A DNA stretch of 64,000 nt from Bispira polyomma (GCA_965649765.1 OZ287749.1:83080001-83144000), one strand, 5' to 3'; positions 1 to 13,156 are shown, numbered from the stretch's first letter. Notes: generated by a model not told the origin, from the letters alone. Translations and numbers: made by a program.

Positions 1-522
1 TTATAACCACTCATTACATAAATCATGCCTAATGTCAATTAATTTATGTCTTGCAAAATATCATCAGAAACACAAGATTCATGTGTTTCATATAAATGAG
101 TATAATCTACTATGCATAAGTTCATGAGCTTCTTGCAACTTGAAAAACTACTCTAACTTGAAAACACTGTGAAGAAACTTACTATAAACTTGACAAACAT
201 TGAAATAAAAATAAGTTTACTATAAAGCCAAATCTTTTTTTTTTATTGTTTTTTTTTTTACATATAACAAATACCAAACATAATAGCTAACCAAATCTTT
301 AAACTGGAAGACAATATATGTGGATGTAGTTTTATCTTTCTCTTAAGTTATTTCATGACAGCAAAATGTACACATAAGGCATTCTTCAGGTCAAGATCGA
401 ATGAACAAGTCAAGTATTACTTCAGAATTATTTTGCTGACAATTATCAGTATTCCATATATTGTAAAGCAAATTCTTTCAAAAAAAGGTTAACAGAAGGT
501 ATATGAACAAGTGTATTTTGAA

Positions 523-746
523 TGTACTTTTAAGTTGGGTTTTACGTCGCTTTCAACAGCTTCGGTCATATGGTGACAACCACACTTAACGGTGGAAGAA
601 ACGAATGCTGAAGCCCACGGTAAATTATAAATACCGGACCAACTTTCCCACATGAAGTAACAAACGGGATTCGAACCCTCATTGGTGAGAGGACAGTACT
701 TGTGATGAAGCTAATGCTTCTTAACCACTAGGTCACTGTGGCCCCG
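523..746 (-). mobile_element. tRNA-derived SINE, older copy
   Basis: Minus strand has A-box-like TGACCTAGTGG and B-box GGTTCGAATCC; 13-bp TSD agtgtattttgaa at 510-522 and 747-759. Confidence 0.8.
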
Positions 747-1030
747 AGTGTATTTTGAAATCAGAACGTTAAATGGTGGGTGTGTTGCTGCACCCTCTAA
801 ACCTTATCGTGTGTTGCCTGAACATATTTACACTCTCACAAATACATTTCCCTGTTTTGTGAACCTTTCTATTCTTTATACATAGTTGAATATATTGCAC
901 CTAGTTGGATAAACTTGGATGATCAAGAAAAGGTTTTTTAGTGCTTTGATTACAACAATAGACTAAATGTTGCACATCTATTTTGTAGTATCTACACTTT
1001 ACACAGACAATATATACAGGCCAAACCTAC

Positions 1031-1317
1031 CTCCCCCTCCTATCTCCATTTGTGTTAGCAGTCACAGAAGTGAATCCTCTGAACAAAAACTCAGTGTAAT
1101 GAGAATAATCTGACACAGCAATGCTGGACGTAAACTCATGTTGATCATATACTTCAGATGGAGTTAAATTCTTACGCTGTCCTGTTGCCACAACAATATC
1201 CTTATTATTAAAGGAAGAGTACTGTTGTGTCGAATTTGAAGTTCTCTCTGAGTGTACTATATTATCCAAAGACCTTACCCAAATATCATAGCTTGGGAAC
1301 TGATAGTTCTGTTCCAT
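1031..1317 (-). CDS. Candidate exon (possible alternative first coding exon) of the kinesin gene
   Basis: 95-codon open frame from ATG 1317 ending at donor AG|GTAGGT in phase 2, the same phase as exon 3191-3244. No recognisable homology and no strong acceptor. Confidence 0.3.
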
Positions 1318-2314
1318 TATGCCTTATTAAGAAACCATCAATTTAATAATTACATACATATTCACCTGAACATTTAAATAAATATCTTTGGTATTCTTAA
1401 ATTAAGACTGGTGAATTTAAAAGTCTATATCCATTTTAGTATTACAGATACATGTATTCCAATGAATCCGATCTGGTAAACATTTGGATTAATATTGGCA
1501 TTCCCTGTAGTACCAGTACTTTTTGCACTTTTGATACATTAAAGAGATTCAAATTGCGCCGAAGTCTCCAACCAGGAAAGAAAATGAGGCTCCTTCAGAG
1601 TACATTTTTTGTAGGTAAAGTATATTGATGTTTAATTGAACCATATCCAGCAGACATTTGTCAACAAACACACTGTATAAATCTTCTTACCAACTACAAC
1701 ATTTAAGTTCTAAATTTTACTATTATCAAGAAGGTAACGCCTTGATTTTCTTAATATTATAACTATTACTTAAACTCAAAAGTTAATATCTGTGTTGAAG
1801 TGATGCTCTTATATTGACAAATTTTAGTTAATTTATATATAATCTTATCATTTAAATAAAATACATTAACTTAAATTATTGCAACAGAAGATTCCAATTT
1901 ATCAAATGCTTATTTAAGTTTGGCTGACAATCTTTGTGCAAAAATACTTGAAAAGTGCAAAGAATCAGGTCCTTGTGTAAAACGTTATGCAATGACTTAG
2001 TGTATATGGACTTGTTTGTATCTTAGCTGGGTCATTTTTGTCCTCCTCACTTTTTAAAGTACCTTATGTCACCGGTGCGTTGATAAACATCAAATATTCT
2101 AAATATCTACTTAAGAATAAACCCCTGTCCTTCAGTCAAGTATAAAGACTTATATTACTTACTGGTATAGGTGATAAGTCCATGTGATTTACTATGGCTG
2201 GACATTTATTTATTTTGATATTTCTGAGTGTGTTGATGTCATTATTTGTATTATAATACACAAATATGATAGAAATGCAGTAAATTATCCATTTGTATAT
2301 AAATGTACCCATAG

Positions 2315-2521
2315 ATAGGGTTTAACGTCACGGTCAACAATTACGTAATGTATTGCAACAGGCAGTTTAATAGCAGAAGAAAGCTATGCAGACCAGATAT
2401 TGAAAATTTCTGAAGTGCAAACCACCGGCCTTTGACGAGTCTAACTTTTGTTACGTAAGATTCAAACCCTATGACAGCAATGGTAGGAGGTGACAGTGTT
2501 ACCTGTACACCACTGAGACAC
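2315..2521 (-). mobile_element. Degenerate tRNA-SINE
   Basis: Similar to other copies (gggtttaacgtc tail, gattcaaaccc B-box remnant). Confidence 0.55.
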
Positions 2522-3190
2522 CTTCTATATGAGAAGTACAACCACTTTGCTAGCCCATAGTGACTCTTACCTTAGAACAAGCTAAATCATGATACTAGTC
2601 TTACCTAGACAAGGATTTAGGGAGGCAAAGTCTGATCAGCACTAATGTATAGAAGTCAAATACAATACGCAGGCATAAATAGATTATAATGAATCAATAC
2701 TAAAGCGCAGAAAAATCTTACTTACATAACAGCCCCACCATTATATCAGCCCCCAAATTTACTTTAAATAAAGTTCCAATTTTAAATCGAAAACGACATT
2801 CTCATAACAGCTTATCTCTTACTTTTTCTAAAGGTTCAATATAATAGCCTATAGGCTTAGTATAGAGAGAGATTTAGTGTACGCCTTCAAATCTATAAAT
2901 AGCATTATTTTTATGAATCAAATCTACAGTTATCCGAATGCCTTATTTTGGAATTCTGGGAATATATAGTACAGTTCCTGTTTTCACAATATAGTCTGTT
3001 ACCCAAAGAAAAGAAGTTAGATGTGTTGGAACAGTAAAGAGGTCAATTACTTTATTTAAACAAAAAAAATTTATAACATAACCCCTCCTTTATTATAAAT
3101 TGTGTGGATGGGCACTAGGAATTCTGTGACAGATTACTTTTCTGTTTCCTAATGCATCCCTCTGCTAGAATGAATGACCTTGGGACTGAC

Positions 3191-3244
3191 CTTGCTTGCT
3201 GTATCTTCTCCTCTTTCGTATCATGACTTCGCTCCATGTCCACA
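3191..3244 (-). CDS. STARD9: STARD9/KIF16-like exon, stalk: (G)VDMERSHDTKEEKIQQA(R/S)
   Basis: ttctactttcag acceptor, AG|GTCAGT donor, phase 2-2 fits exon 9057-9190; resembles KIF16B GLEFERQQREE. Confidence 0.65.
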
Positions 3245-4861
3245 CTGAAAGTAGAACCAGAACCCGTGATTATCAGACGGATTGGCTTGGGTCTGACTTT
3301 ACTGTAAAACCAGCGTTTTATTGGATTACCTGGCATTGTCAGTCCTATCTATATATATAATATATTTGTACAGTTAGTGTTTAATGGATGTAACTCAATC
3401 AGCATTAATAGTTTTTTTTATAAACACAAATGGTGCACAAAATCCAAAAAACAGTTAGCTTCTTAGTAGACTTATTTCAGATTAATTAACGTTCAGGTTA
3501 ATAACTTCACACACACAAAATAAAAATAAATCTGTAAATTTCTTCATTAGTCTGTCACTAAAGTGGAATATTATCCTTGTTGAAAGATGAACTGAACTTG
3601 TATATAGAACAGAAGCTAATCCATTTGCACTGAGCGAGTTTACATCATTTGTTTGTGTATATATGAGATGTGTACATCAACAAAACATGTAGGACTACTA
3701 GGGTACTTCCTCAAAAAGACCTAGCTTGTTTAGTGAAAATCAATTAAACTGATCCTAACCAAATAACACTGAATCATGTGAGAGACTGAAAAAAACATAG
3801 TACAAATAAAATATTCCATAGCCTAAAAAACTTTGCCAATTTTATATCATAGTTAAATAAAAAAAAAAAGACCAAACATGGTTTTACAATAGTATAAATA
3901 GACACCCAGTGGATTCTACATAGAAGCACATGATCTATTACTACAAAGCTTCTTCTCTCCATGATGTGTAGAATCTATAATATTTACTGATAAAACCCAC
4001 CAAGGGGTTCCAGATCTAATTACACAGGGTTCCATTCTAATCCAGATTTACTCATGCCAAAACAACAGTGGGATGTCAATTATTAGGTGAAAGAATTGTA
4101 AACACATGATCAATTAACGTGAACAATATGGTATAATCTTGTCACATTAATATTGGTAGATGGCAGAATGTTGGTAAAGGTAGCAGTTATGGGTTGCAGA
4201 CTGTACAGCTACGAAAACGTTCATAATGTAAGGTGGGTATAAAGCAACTGCAGTACAAAATCTCCTATGGGTTTCCCTATTTATTTATTCTGCAAGTACA
4301 TCTATATTTTTATACACCTTTAATAAAATAATCTGGATGTATGTCTTTTCAATTCAAACATTATTTTGCATTCATAATTACAGCTAACAAGAATTTAAAT
4401 GGTATGGCTGTTGGCTGATGCCAAATGATAATAGGAATGTGGACATGTCAGTTTTAAGAATGATCAGATCAAAGTGGTTAAATGACTTGCTTTATAATGG
4501 GAGAGAAAACTAACTTCGAATCAAAAACATTTTAGAGGAAAACGGTCTTGACCATTTCTATGTGGTCATATATTTTACTATACTTTTAAACCAATCAAAA
4601 TTGGACCTCTTAACTGATCTTACTCTTAAGAACAGACGAGATTTTCAGGACTACAAGTTACTCAAATTTCAACTACAGTATATGTTTCCTCTCATGGTGT
4701 TTGAAACAAGAGAAAACTTTTACAAGTCTACTTTTACCTAGGTGACAAGTGAAATGATGTATTAGTTTTCTAACAATCTAACAAAACACACTGAATTACA
4801 AATCAGTAAATTTAAATAAAAGAGTTAACTAAAAAAATAAAGGGCAGGCTGTATTGTTAGC

Positions 4862-5130
4862 AAGCAATTGTTAAAATTTTCTTTTAGTCTCAGGCTCTCA
4901 GCCAATCAAATTCTTTAAAAAATAATTTTTTTAGTTGAATCAAATTGCTTGAGACAAAACTTTAGAATCAGAGTATTTGTGAATACTTTGTGCGAATACT
5001 TTGTAAATACTTTGTGTGAATACTTTGTGAATACTTTGACAATACTTTGTGAATACTTTGAGAATACTTTGTGAATACTTTGTGTGAATACTTTGTGAAT
5101 ACTTATGTGAATACTTTGTGAATACCAGCC
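4862..5130. repeat. MITE remnant whose terminal motif is expanded into an 11-13 bp tandem array (tttgtgaatac)n at about 4976-5124
   Basis: Body (ctcagccaatca...caaattgcttgagacaaa) matches 17840-17945; about 12 tandem units. Confidence 0.65.
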
Positions 5131-6199
5131 TAGTAAAAGCTCTGTTACAAAAAGTAACAATTGTATGTCACAAACAGAAATCATCTGCATAGATACGAGA
5201 TACAATCAAATCCTTGAAAGTCTAACGCTGTTTAGTCTAGTTTTTGTTAAAAATCTATACAAAGAGGTTTTCTGTTAAAATCAACCCTGTTAAGTGGAAG
5301 TCCCACTTAAGCAATTTAATTAAGTGGAAGTACAGCTTAAGCAGAGGTACTACTCTATTTTCTAGAGGAATTTAGTTTTCAGGGATTCAATTGCATATAC
5401 GATTCTGTTAACACTATGGGATTAGTGCAAAAGGTTAACTAGTGTACAAAAAATGTGCAATAAAATGTGAAAATATGATACACAGTGGGTAGTACTAACA
5501 AAGTAAACAAGAAACCACCACAAACAACAAAGGATGAATCTAATATACATTGTATACCTGACTAAATTGTTAAGATTATTGAAATATAGTTAAGAATCTA
5601 TTTATGGATGTGGGGTAAAAGGTTGCAGGACATCAAAATGCTATTTTGTTTTATTCAAATTAAACTTGAGCCTGTCATAAAGTCAAGTTAGCAGTTTTCA
5701 CCACTTGATCTGTTTCCCTGAAGACTTATCTATTAAACAGCACAAGATGACAAATATATCATGATCAACTTCAGATTTGTTTCAGTTTAATGTAGTCAAA
5801 ATAAATGACAACACTTAATCAGAATCAAATCACCAAGCCTATGCTTTCAAGCATTCGATTGTAGCTGTGTGTACCAGTATAAGATATATCTGCTGAAGTT
5901 TATAGAACAAAGATGTCATGAAATATAATATTCAATTTTATTTCAAAAGGGCAATCTAACAGTAAAATGCTTGTTTGCTATTTCGTTAAAAGCAAGAGGG
6001 GGATTAAGCAATTATGTGGGAGTTTATATGACTAGGATAGCATTTTATGGTTCCTAAAGCTTTAGCAGGGACATGTCAGGTTAAAAAGCAAAAGAACCAA
6101 CTTACAACAGAAATTTAACAATATATAAACTCAAGAATTAAAATAAAGCTGCACAAGAGTTAAAACATAAGTAGCACCCAGGTAATATTATATGTATTT

Positions 6200-6405
6200 T
6201 TAGTTTTATGTCGCTTTAAACCACTCCGTATTCCATTGCGACAGGCATTAGTTTATTGATAGAAGACAGCAGTATACAGTAGTTGGTCAAGGTATTCTGT
6301 ACTGTAAACCACCGACCTTCAGCATGTTTATTGACAATTTTTTTTACATACACGCCAGAACCAAGAATTGAATCCACGAATGGCATCGACGGCAGAGGTG
6401 GGTGC
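6200..6405 (-). mobile_element. Degenerate tRNA-SINE
   Basis: Similar to the adjacent young copy (tacag..gttggtcaagg..ctgtactgtaaacc; ggcatcgacgg). Confidence 0.55.
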
Positions 6406-6474
6406 CGATCCAGGGGTTAATGCTTTGTAAAATATGGTAGTAGTCTGCTGGAATACCTGATCTTAATTTTTGGT

Positions 6475-6729
6475 TTTGAATTTGAATTGGGATATTTAAC
6501 GTCCACTCTAGTACCTGTTTAGGTTATATTGGGACGGGTAGTTGGAAACGCTGGAGGAAACACTGCATACAGTTGATCAAGGTTCTGCACTGAAACCAGC
6601 GGCCCACAGTAAAGAACTACCACCTTTCCCACATAGGCATCGACGGGATTCGAACTCACACCGTCCAGAGGTGAGAGACCAGTGATTGTGAAGCGCAATG
6701 CTTGCTAACCACTAGGCCACCGAGGCCCC
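6475..6729 (-). mobile_element. Young tRNA-SINE, copy 1 of 4 near-identical
   Basis: Head GGGGCCTCGGTGGCCTAGTGG with B-box GTTCGAATCC, (TTCAAA)n tail, TSD ttaatttttggt at 6463-6474 and 6732-6743. Confidence 0.9.
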
Positions 6730-6976
6730 TTTTAATTTTTGGTAGTCTGAAAAAAATTTGGCAGACCAACCTAAACATAGTAAATCTATTAGTGTGACAC
6801 ATAATGCATAGTTTACATGAGACTAATTGCTACTAAAATACTAATATACCCAACTACCTAAATTTGGATGTGCAGTGTTAAAACGTTTTATTTGTTTCGA
6901 ACAAGTGATCGATAATGGAATTTCTGTCTTTGTTGCTGTGTAAAAATCATATTTGCAAGTTGTTAAGTTGAAGTTA

Positions 6977-7087
6977 AGGGGCCGTATTCACGAAAGGACT
7001 TAGCCAGGGCTTAGGCTTAAATCTAGCACAAAAGTATACTGATTTAAGCCTAAGACTGGGCTAAGTGCCTTCGTGAATACGGCCCCT
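6977..7087. mobile_element. Palindromic MITE with Harbinger-like GGGCC termini
   Basis: aggggccgtattcacgaa...ttcgtgaatacggcccct; nearly the whole 111 bp folds as a hairpin. Confidence 0.75.
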
Positions 7088-9056
7088 GGTGAATATTCAC
7101 CAACATAGTTAAAATTAAATGAAGTAGTCCGCCGGAAGTTAAAGTAAGAATTCATCAATATATTTCAAATTAAATATAAATGCCGGCCAACCTTTTGCAA
7201 AGGTTTCTGTAGTCTGTTTTGATTTTTAGTAGTCTTAGATTGCCAGACTACTGCTTATGCCGACCCTACGATTCTGTTACCTCTATCCTACCAAGGCTCC
7301 CCAATTTGATGTACATTTTAAACTACACTGGCTCACACAACTACACTATAATTGCTAACACTAATTATCACAAGACACACAAATATAGCCATAGGTAGAA
7401 ATTAAAAGGGTACCACTACATCTAACTGGCGGTGTAAAAAGCTAACATTATTTAGCCGGTTATTACATATTATATATATAATGCTTACCATAAGTCATTC
7501 CAAGAAGGTCTGAAGAAATGAGGAGGACATGCATTCATGTTAGTAAATATATTTGTAGATAAAACCAATGAGAACAAAATTTCTTTTGAAAAAACCCAAA
7601 AAAACTACAACAAAAAAAAAAAAAACACAAATGTTAAATGTGTGTGTAAAAACCACAGATCAATTGTAATAGAAAATAGAGCTAGTAAACTTGTATTTGA
7701 ACTTTTAAATAGTGACGATACAGCCAAAGGTAGTCATATTCAAAGGCAAATGTTATTGAAAATAGAACTGCAGTCAAAACTGTAACATAGTATATTACAT
7801 ATTAAAAACCCAACGTTATTTCTTTTCAAAGCAAAACAAAGGGTGCTGTTAAATAAGTATTAGAGATAAGGCAAAAATATTGCAAAAAGGAGAAACATAA
7901 TGAACTAACTTTCATTTATTTACTACATTTTCAACATTAGGGACAACTGTGATTAACTGACATGGCTCATCGATTAAATTATACAAGATTACAATAAATT
8001 TATATGGTTCTGGAGCTATTCAATATACAAAGGGAGTCTATGGTATTGGTGTACAATATGGGTAGGTTGCCCTACATTATGTTAGTGAATGATGAATGTG
8101 GTTAGCAATAAAGAAGTTCACATCATACATGCAAAAATTCTGATACTGATAAAATAAACATGGTCAAAAAGGATACACCATGTACAAAATCTCAGAAGCC
8201 TCTCAAAGACATTTTTAGTCAGATCCTGAAAACAGTTATGATTGTGTAGGCTTTTAAGATAATTAATTTAGAAAAATGAATTTGGTTTTTATTGTTCTAC
8301 ATTGGTTGCATTTGAATGTTTATCTGCATTTCAATATATACGCTGCATGAATTTGGTCTTTAATATTTTTGAAACACTCTTTAGATACAAATGCATGCTG
8401 TGTTTTATATGTCCCAAAAAAAAAACTCTATGGACAAGTTTTGGAAGATATAATAACAAACATGTAGTTGAAATGGAAATAGATGCATAATGTACACATA
8501 TATATGACCTGCATGCATTATCTAAGTCCATTATGATATAATAATGTCACCCATGCATAGGATCACATAAAGAGTATTGTAATGAGTTTTCACCCACAAA
8601 ACTCTTTTTATGTTAACTAGACCTGCAAGACTCACTTTGCTTAGATATCCAAATCAGTATGAAAAGTTAATACTGCTTCATTTGACCAAAACCAGAATCA
8701 GTAGTACGTAGTTGTACATACTACCAGTTCCTATTTACTGTAGACACGACAAGTTTAACTATTTCTGATTATAACATTTTGTACTCTGGGTTCTGTAGTT
8801 GATCTAAAATTTGCCACATCTGTAAACTCGTCCACCTGTAAGATTCTTTGTAAATTTTAAGAACACTAGTCATTTCTGATAACTTGTATACTGTACCACT
8901 CACTGTTAGCACACACCTAACCTTCAGTCTGTTGTGTCCTATTTGGGTATAACTCATAATATTTAGCATGTGACAAATGTTTCAAATACGTATGGCACAT
9001 TTTAGACATCTTACTAGTGTTAATGTTGCTATATCTTGCTTTAGTACACTACTTAC

Positions 9057-9190
9057 CCTTTCTTCATGACAGGGGAGGCCGGCAGAGATCCTCCAATACT
9101 GTCAAACTCAGGAGAACTGGTTGTGGACATGGAACCTAGACTACTCCAGCGTGACAGAGCACCTGGCAGCCTTGTGTCTCCATACTGGGC
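9057..9190 (-). CDS. STARD9: STARD9/KIF16-like exon, post-FHA linker: AQYGDTRLPGALSRWSSLGSMSTTSSPEFDSIGGSLPASPVMKK(G)
   Basis: tttatcag acceptor, GG|GTAAGT donor, phase 0-2, open frame, GC-rich island. Confidence 0.75.
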
Positions 9191-9364
9191 CTGATAAATA
9201 GAGTAAAATATACAGAATACTGGACCTGATGAATAGAGTAAAAGTTACAGTGCACTGGGCCTGGTGTATAAAATAAAACAGTACTGGGCCTGGTGTATAG
9301 AATAAAAAATACAGAGTACTGCTGGGCCTGGTGTATAGAGTAAAATATATAGAGTACAGGGCCT
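9183..9364 (-). repeat. Tandem array (about 29-38 bp x 6) of the splice acceptor of exon 9057-9190
   Basis: Each unit is a T-rich tract plus YAG|G(C/T)CC, copying the real intron/exon junction. Confidence 0.85.
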
Positions 9365-9385
9365 AAGGTAAGATAATATAGAGTG

Positions 9386-9487
9386 TTATACACACAACAC
9401 TGTCCCACTCAGAACTGATAGTGACATGGAACCCAGACTATTCCAGCATGACAGAGCATCTGGCAGCCTTGTGTCTCCATACTGGGG
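9386..9487 (-). pseudogene. Partial duplicate of exon 9057-9190 (pseudo-exon with acceptor and in-frame stop)
   Basis: 9408-9487 aligns to about 9107-9189; cctttccccccag|TATGGA reads YGDTRLPDALSCWNSLGSMSLSVLSGTVLCV*. Confidence 0.75.
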
Positions 9488-9494
9488 GGAAAGG

Positions 9495-10351
9495 TTCAAT
9501 CTACATCTACCTTAACTTAGTCCATCCTTACTACTGATAAGATTTCCGGAACTTAAGACAATGTTCAATCTACCTTAACTTAGTCCATCCTTACCACTGA
9601 TAAGATTTTCATAACTTAAGACAATGTTCAATCTACCTTAACTTAGTCCATCCTTACCACTAATAAGATTTGCGTTAATTACGACAATGTTCCATCTACC
9701 TTAACTCAGTCCATCCTTACCGCGGATACGATTTCCCCAAATTAAGACAATGTTCCATCTACCTTAACTTAGTCCATCCTTACTGCGGATATGCTTTTCC
9801 TAAATTTAGACAATGTTCCATCTACCTTAACTTAGTCCATCCTTACCATTGATAAGATTTTCATAACTTAAGACAATGTTCCATCTACCTTAACTTAGTC
9901 CATCCTTACCACTGATAAGATTTCCGGAACTTAAGACAATGTTCCATCTACCTTAACTTAGTCCATCCTTACCGCGGATACGATTTCCCCAAATTAAGAC
10001 AATGTTCAATCTACCTTAACTTAGTCCATCCTTAGCTTGGATATGATTTTCCTAAATTAAGACAATATTCAATCTACCTTAACTTAGTCCATCCTTACCG
10101 CGGATATGATTTTCCTATATTGAGACAATATTCAATCTACCTTAACTTAGTCCATCCTTAGCGCGGATACGATTTTCCTACATTAAGACAATGTTCCATC
10201 TACATAATCTTAGTCCATCATTACCATTGATATGAATTTCCTACATTAAGACAATATTCAATCTACCTTAACTAAGTCCATCCTTACCGCGGATATGATT
10301 TTCCTACATTAAGACAATGTTCAATCCACATAATCTTAGTCCATTCTTACC
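9495..10351 (-). repeat. 63-bp minisatellite, about 13.5 copies, each unit starting G|GTAAGG
   Basis: ctaccttaacttagtccatccttac recurs at 9507, 9570, 9633 and onward; the array ends exactly at a GAAG|GTAAGA donor-like site (10350/10351). Confidence 0.95.
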
Positions 10352-10446
10352 TTCACTATTTGTCTCCTTCTGTACTTTGTTAACTGATTTATTAGACTCT
10401 TCCTTATGATCTGCCCTGCTTCCTTAGTTACCGCCCTTGCCAACAT
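10351..10446 (-). CDS. Candidate alternative first coding exon MLARAVTKEAGQIIRKSLINQLTKYRRRQIVK
   Basis: ATG at 10446, 32 codons, strong AAG|GTAAGA donor in phase 0 compatible with acceptor 9190. No homology evidence. Confidence 0.3.
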
Positions 10447-12849
10447 AGTCCTTACGCATCATATACAGACTTCACACATTTTTAAGGATATTATCATAGC
10501 AGATATTATCACATCTAAATTTTTGAACAGTGTCATTTACAACACATATTGTTAAGCTGTCATTTCTCAACTACAAAACAAGTATATCCTTGTGTCCCTC
10601 AAATGACAGCTTTAATAACACTGCCAGTGTGAATATATATTAATTTGTTTCTAGGTTATTCCTTCCATGATAACATTTGTATCGGTCGATAATATTATAC
10701 CCATTGTGAATTCGAAAGCTAACAATTGTTACTATAACACACACTCTAACAGGAATTTATAGTTCATGTATTAAAAAATTTCCCAAACTATTAATCCAGG
10801 GTAGTTATTAAAGAAACATCACCAGCAGCAATGGGTTACAAATCAATACCAATATTCACAGAGCAATAAAAACGATAATATTTTATAATAACACCACATT
10901 GAAATCTCTTAGTGTAACACACACTGTGTAGATGGCAGAGGCTGTCAATATGGTAACAGGTTATACGAGGGCTGTCAGAATCATTCGAGTCAAGATTTTC
11001 ACAACAAACAGATCACAGTACAATAGACTCCACACATGTTGGCCCTCACTCTATTTTCTCTAGCCTTTAAGTCCATTGATCCCCCATACCAAAACAAGAA
11101 ATCATCAAGAGAAGACATTAACTGTGTCATTTTTTTTTTCTTGGTTTAAAAATTGATTTTAATTTTTTTTTGTCTGTCTTTATTGCCCAGGTATCCTTTG
11201 ACTTTGCCGATGATATGGTTGACGTTCAATATTTTCTGTTCTCAATTTTCTCTTCATAAATAGCATTTTACTGTTACAGTAAATATTTTTCATTGTATAT
11301 CTTGCCAGGATTGAATAAATTTTATAGCAATAAAATAACTAAATACACAAGGTTCTCCTGAAGATGTAATTAAATTTGATGTCCATTTTTTGGTCACTGT
11401 ATGTGGCCCATTTAAAATATTTCATTATACTTTTCCTTTGTATTTTTTTTTTTTTTTTTAATTTTAGCTAATCGATCCTTTGTTCAGACACAATGGAGTT
11501 ATTATTATTATTATTCATTTTTAATATTTTATATATTTATGCTAGGCATCTTCTAAAGCGCAACAGCAGAATCAGTGATCCAAATAGTTCTAAGTTATCC
11601 TAAGTTCCCAAATATAGCAGACAATTGTGTAATCATTTTCATCTATTTTAAGTCTTTAAAACCATTCTAAAAACACATTTGCTACATCTTATTGGTGCTT
11701 ATTTTCACCTGCCATATATACAGAGTTATATATTCTTTGCTCAAAACAACATCCAAACATTGCAATACTTGAATAAACCCACACAACAACTTTAGGTCTC
11801 AAGAAAAAATTCCAGTCCTTCAGACACAAAAATGCCACACAACATTACATATTTTCCAAGCTAGTAATAAACGCTACTAGTGTGTACAAAAAATACTTTT
11901 TAATCTCAAGTAGTCCCCCTTGAGGTGTAGTAATTTAATGGGAGGTTAAGAGTCGGTGTAATGAGGAGATAAGGCAAAAATATAGTCGTGATACAGTTAA
12001 CAATGAAGTAACCTGTAAAATTTTGATTTATGTGGGTTTCACCCAAATATACCAACAGACACCTGGTATTCAACATAAATATTTCTTAATATTTTCTTAA
12101 TGTGTTTTTAAGGTAATAAGTCATAATGTTAACACTGTTACAAACATGTGTTCTATATAGTTCTTTCTATGAGATCATACCTTGCATATCAAGTCAGTAT
12201 ACATTACATGGATGAATTCTTCTTCGGACAGACTAACTATTGAATATTAAAGGCAGAGACTATCTTGCACAAATTTAATGATTCATCACTCTTTTAATGA
12301 TAACCATTTGAGAGATTATTTGATATATATATCAGACATCTAAATCAACACTGATTTGGTGTTGAATTGCTGGGTGTGTGTGTTTGGTCTGGATCTATTC
12401 GCATTATAATATCATTCAGTCAACAAAAACTACCTGCTTTTTATGACTAACAAATATCCCTAATTTACATTCCAACAACTTACAACAAACATTTCTTATA
12501 TTATGTACATTTACATTAATGATATAATTTGCCTGTACAGTAGAACCTCAATTATCGGAACATCTTTGGAGAGTGGTAATTTAAAGTGGCAAGAGACTTT
12601 CTGTTTCCCCTGTTTAAACTACAAAGAGGGCTAGATCTTCCGCTTTTCTCTATGGCTGCCTCTATCATATAGAATAGTCTTCCTGTTGAAAGCTTAACAC
12701 TTATCTCCTTAAATTTGCTTACCCCCTTAGTTCACTCCCTGTACACCCCCACATTCTTCCTTACGACCTTGGCTATGTTTGTTTTTTTTTTACTTCTCGA
12801 TTGGTTAATAGATTCTGTTATTGCACTTTAGAAGATGACTCCCATCAAT

Positions 12850-13043
12850 AAGGTGCATTTAAATGCAAAATACAGTATCACAACAGGCAGTTCACTGGTG
12901 GAGGAAATCAAATTTCTTCTCTTCAAACCACCGGCCTTCAGCAACTCTCCTGCCAACTTCTCCACATACAAGCCAGGGCCAAGATATGAACCCACAACAG
13001 CAGAGGTGGAAGACAAGTGTGTTACCACTACACAAACGGGACC
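12850..13043 (-). mobile_element. Degenerate tRNA-SINE
   Basis: ggtggaggaaa...aacttctccacat...gaacccac...cagaggtgg...accactac similar to other copies. Confidence 0.6.
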
Positions 13044-13156
13044 ATTTTCTGTTCATGGAACATTGATGTTACGACTATTGATGTTAAGCATGCTATTACA
13101 ACACTGTTCATTAGTTCCATAGCAAAGTGGACATACCATAATCAAATATCACTTAC

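Noticed and set aside
3115-3336. Whole 73-aa ORF as coding
   Set aside because: Only 3191-3244 is bounded by phase-compatible splice sites; the rest is probably intronic read-through.
6640-6729. tRNA gene (A/B boxes, CTTCACA loop resembling tRNA-Sec)
   Set aside because: No anticodon stem pairing; continuous with SINE body, tail and TSDs; multicopy.
9495-10351. CRISPR-like look (constant block plus variable block)
   Set aside because: The variable parts are recurrent variants of one sequence rather than unique spacers; eukaryotic intron with no cas genes.
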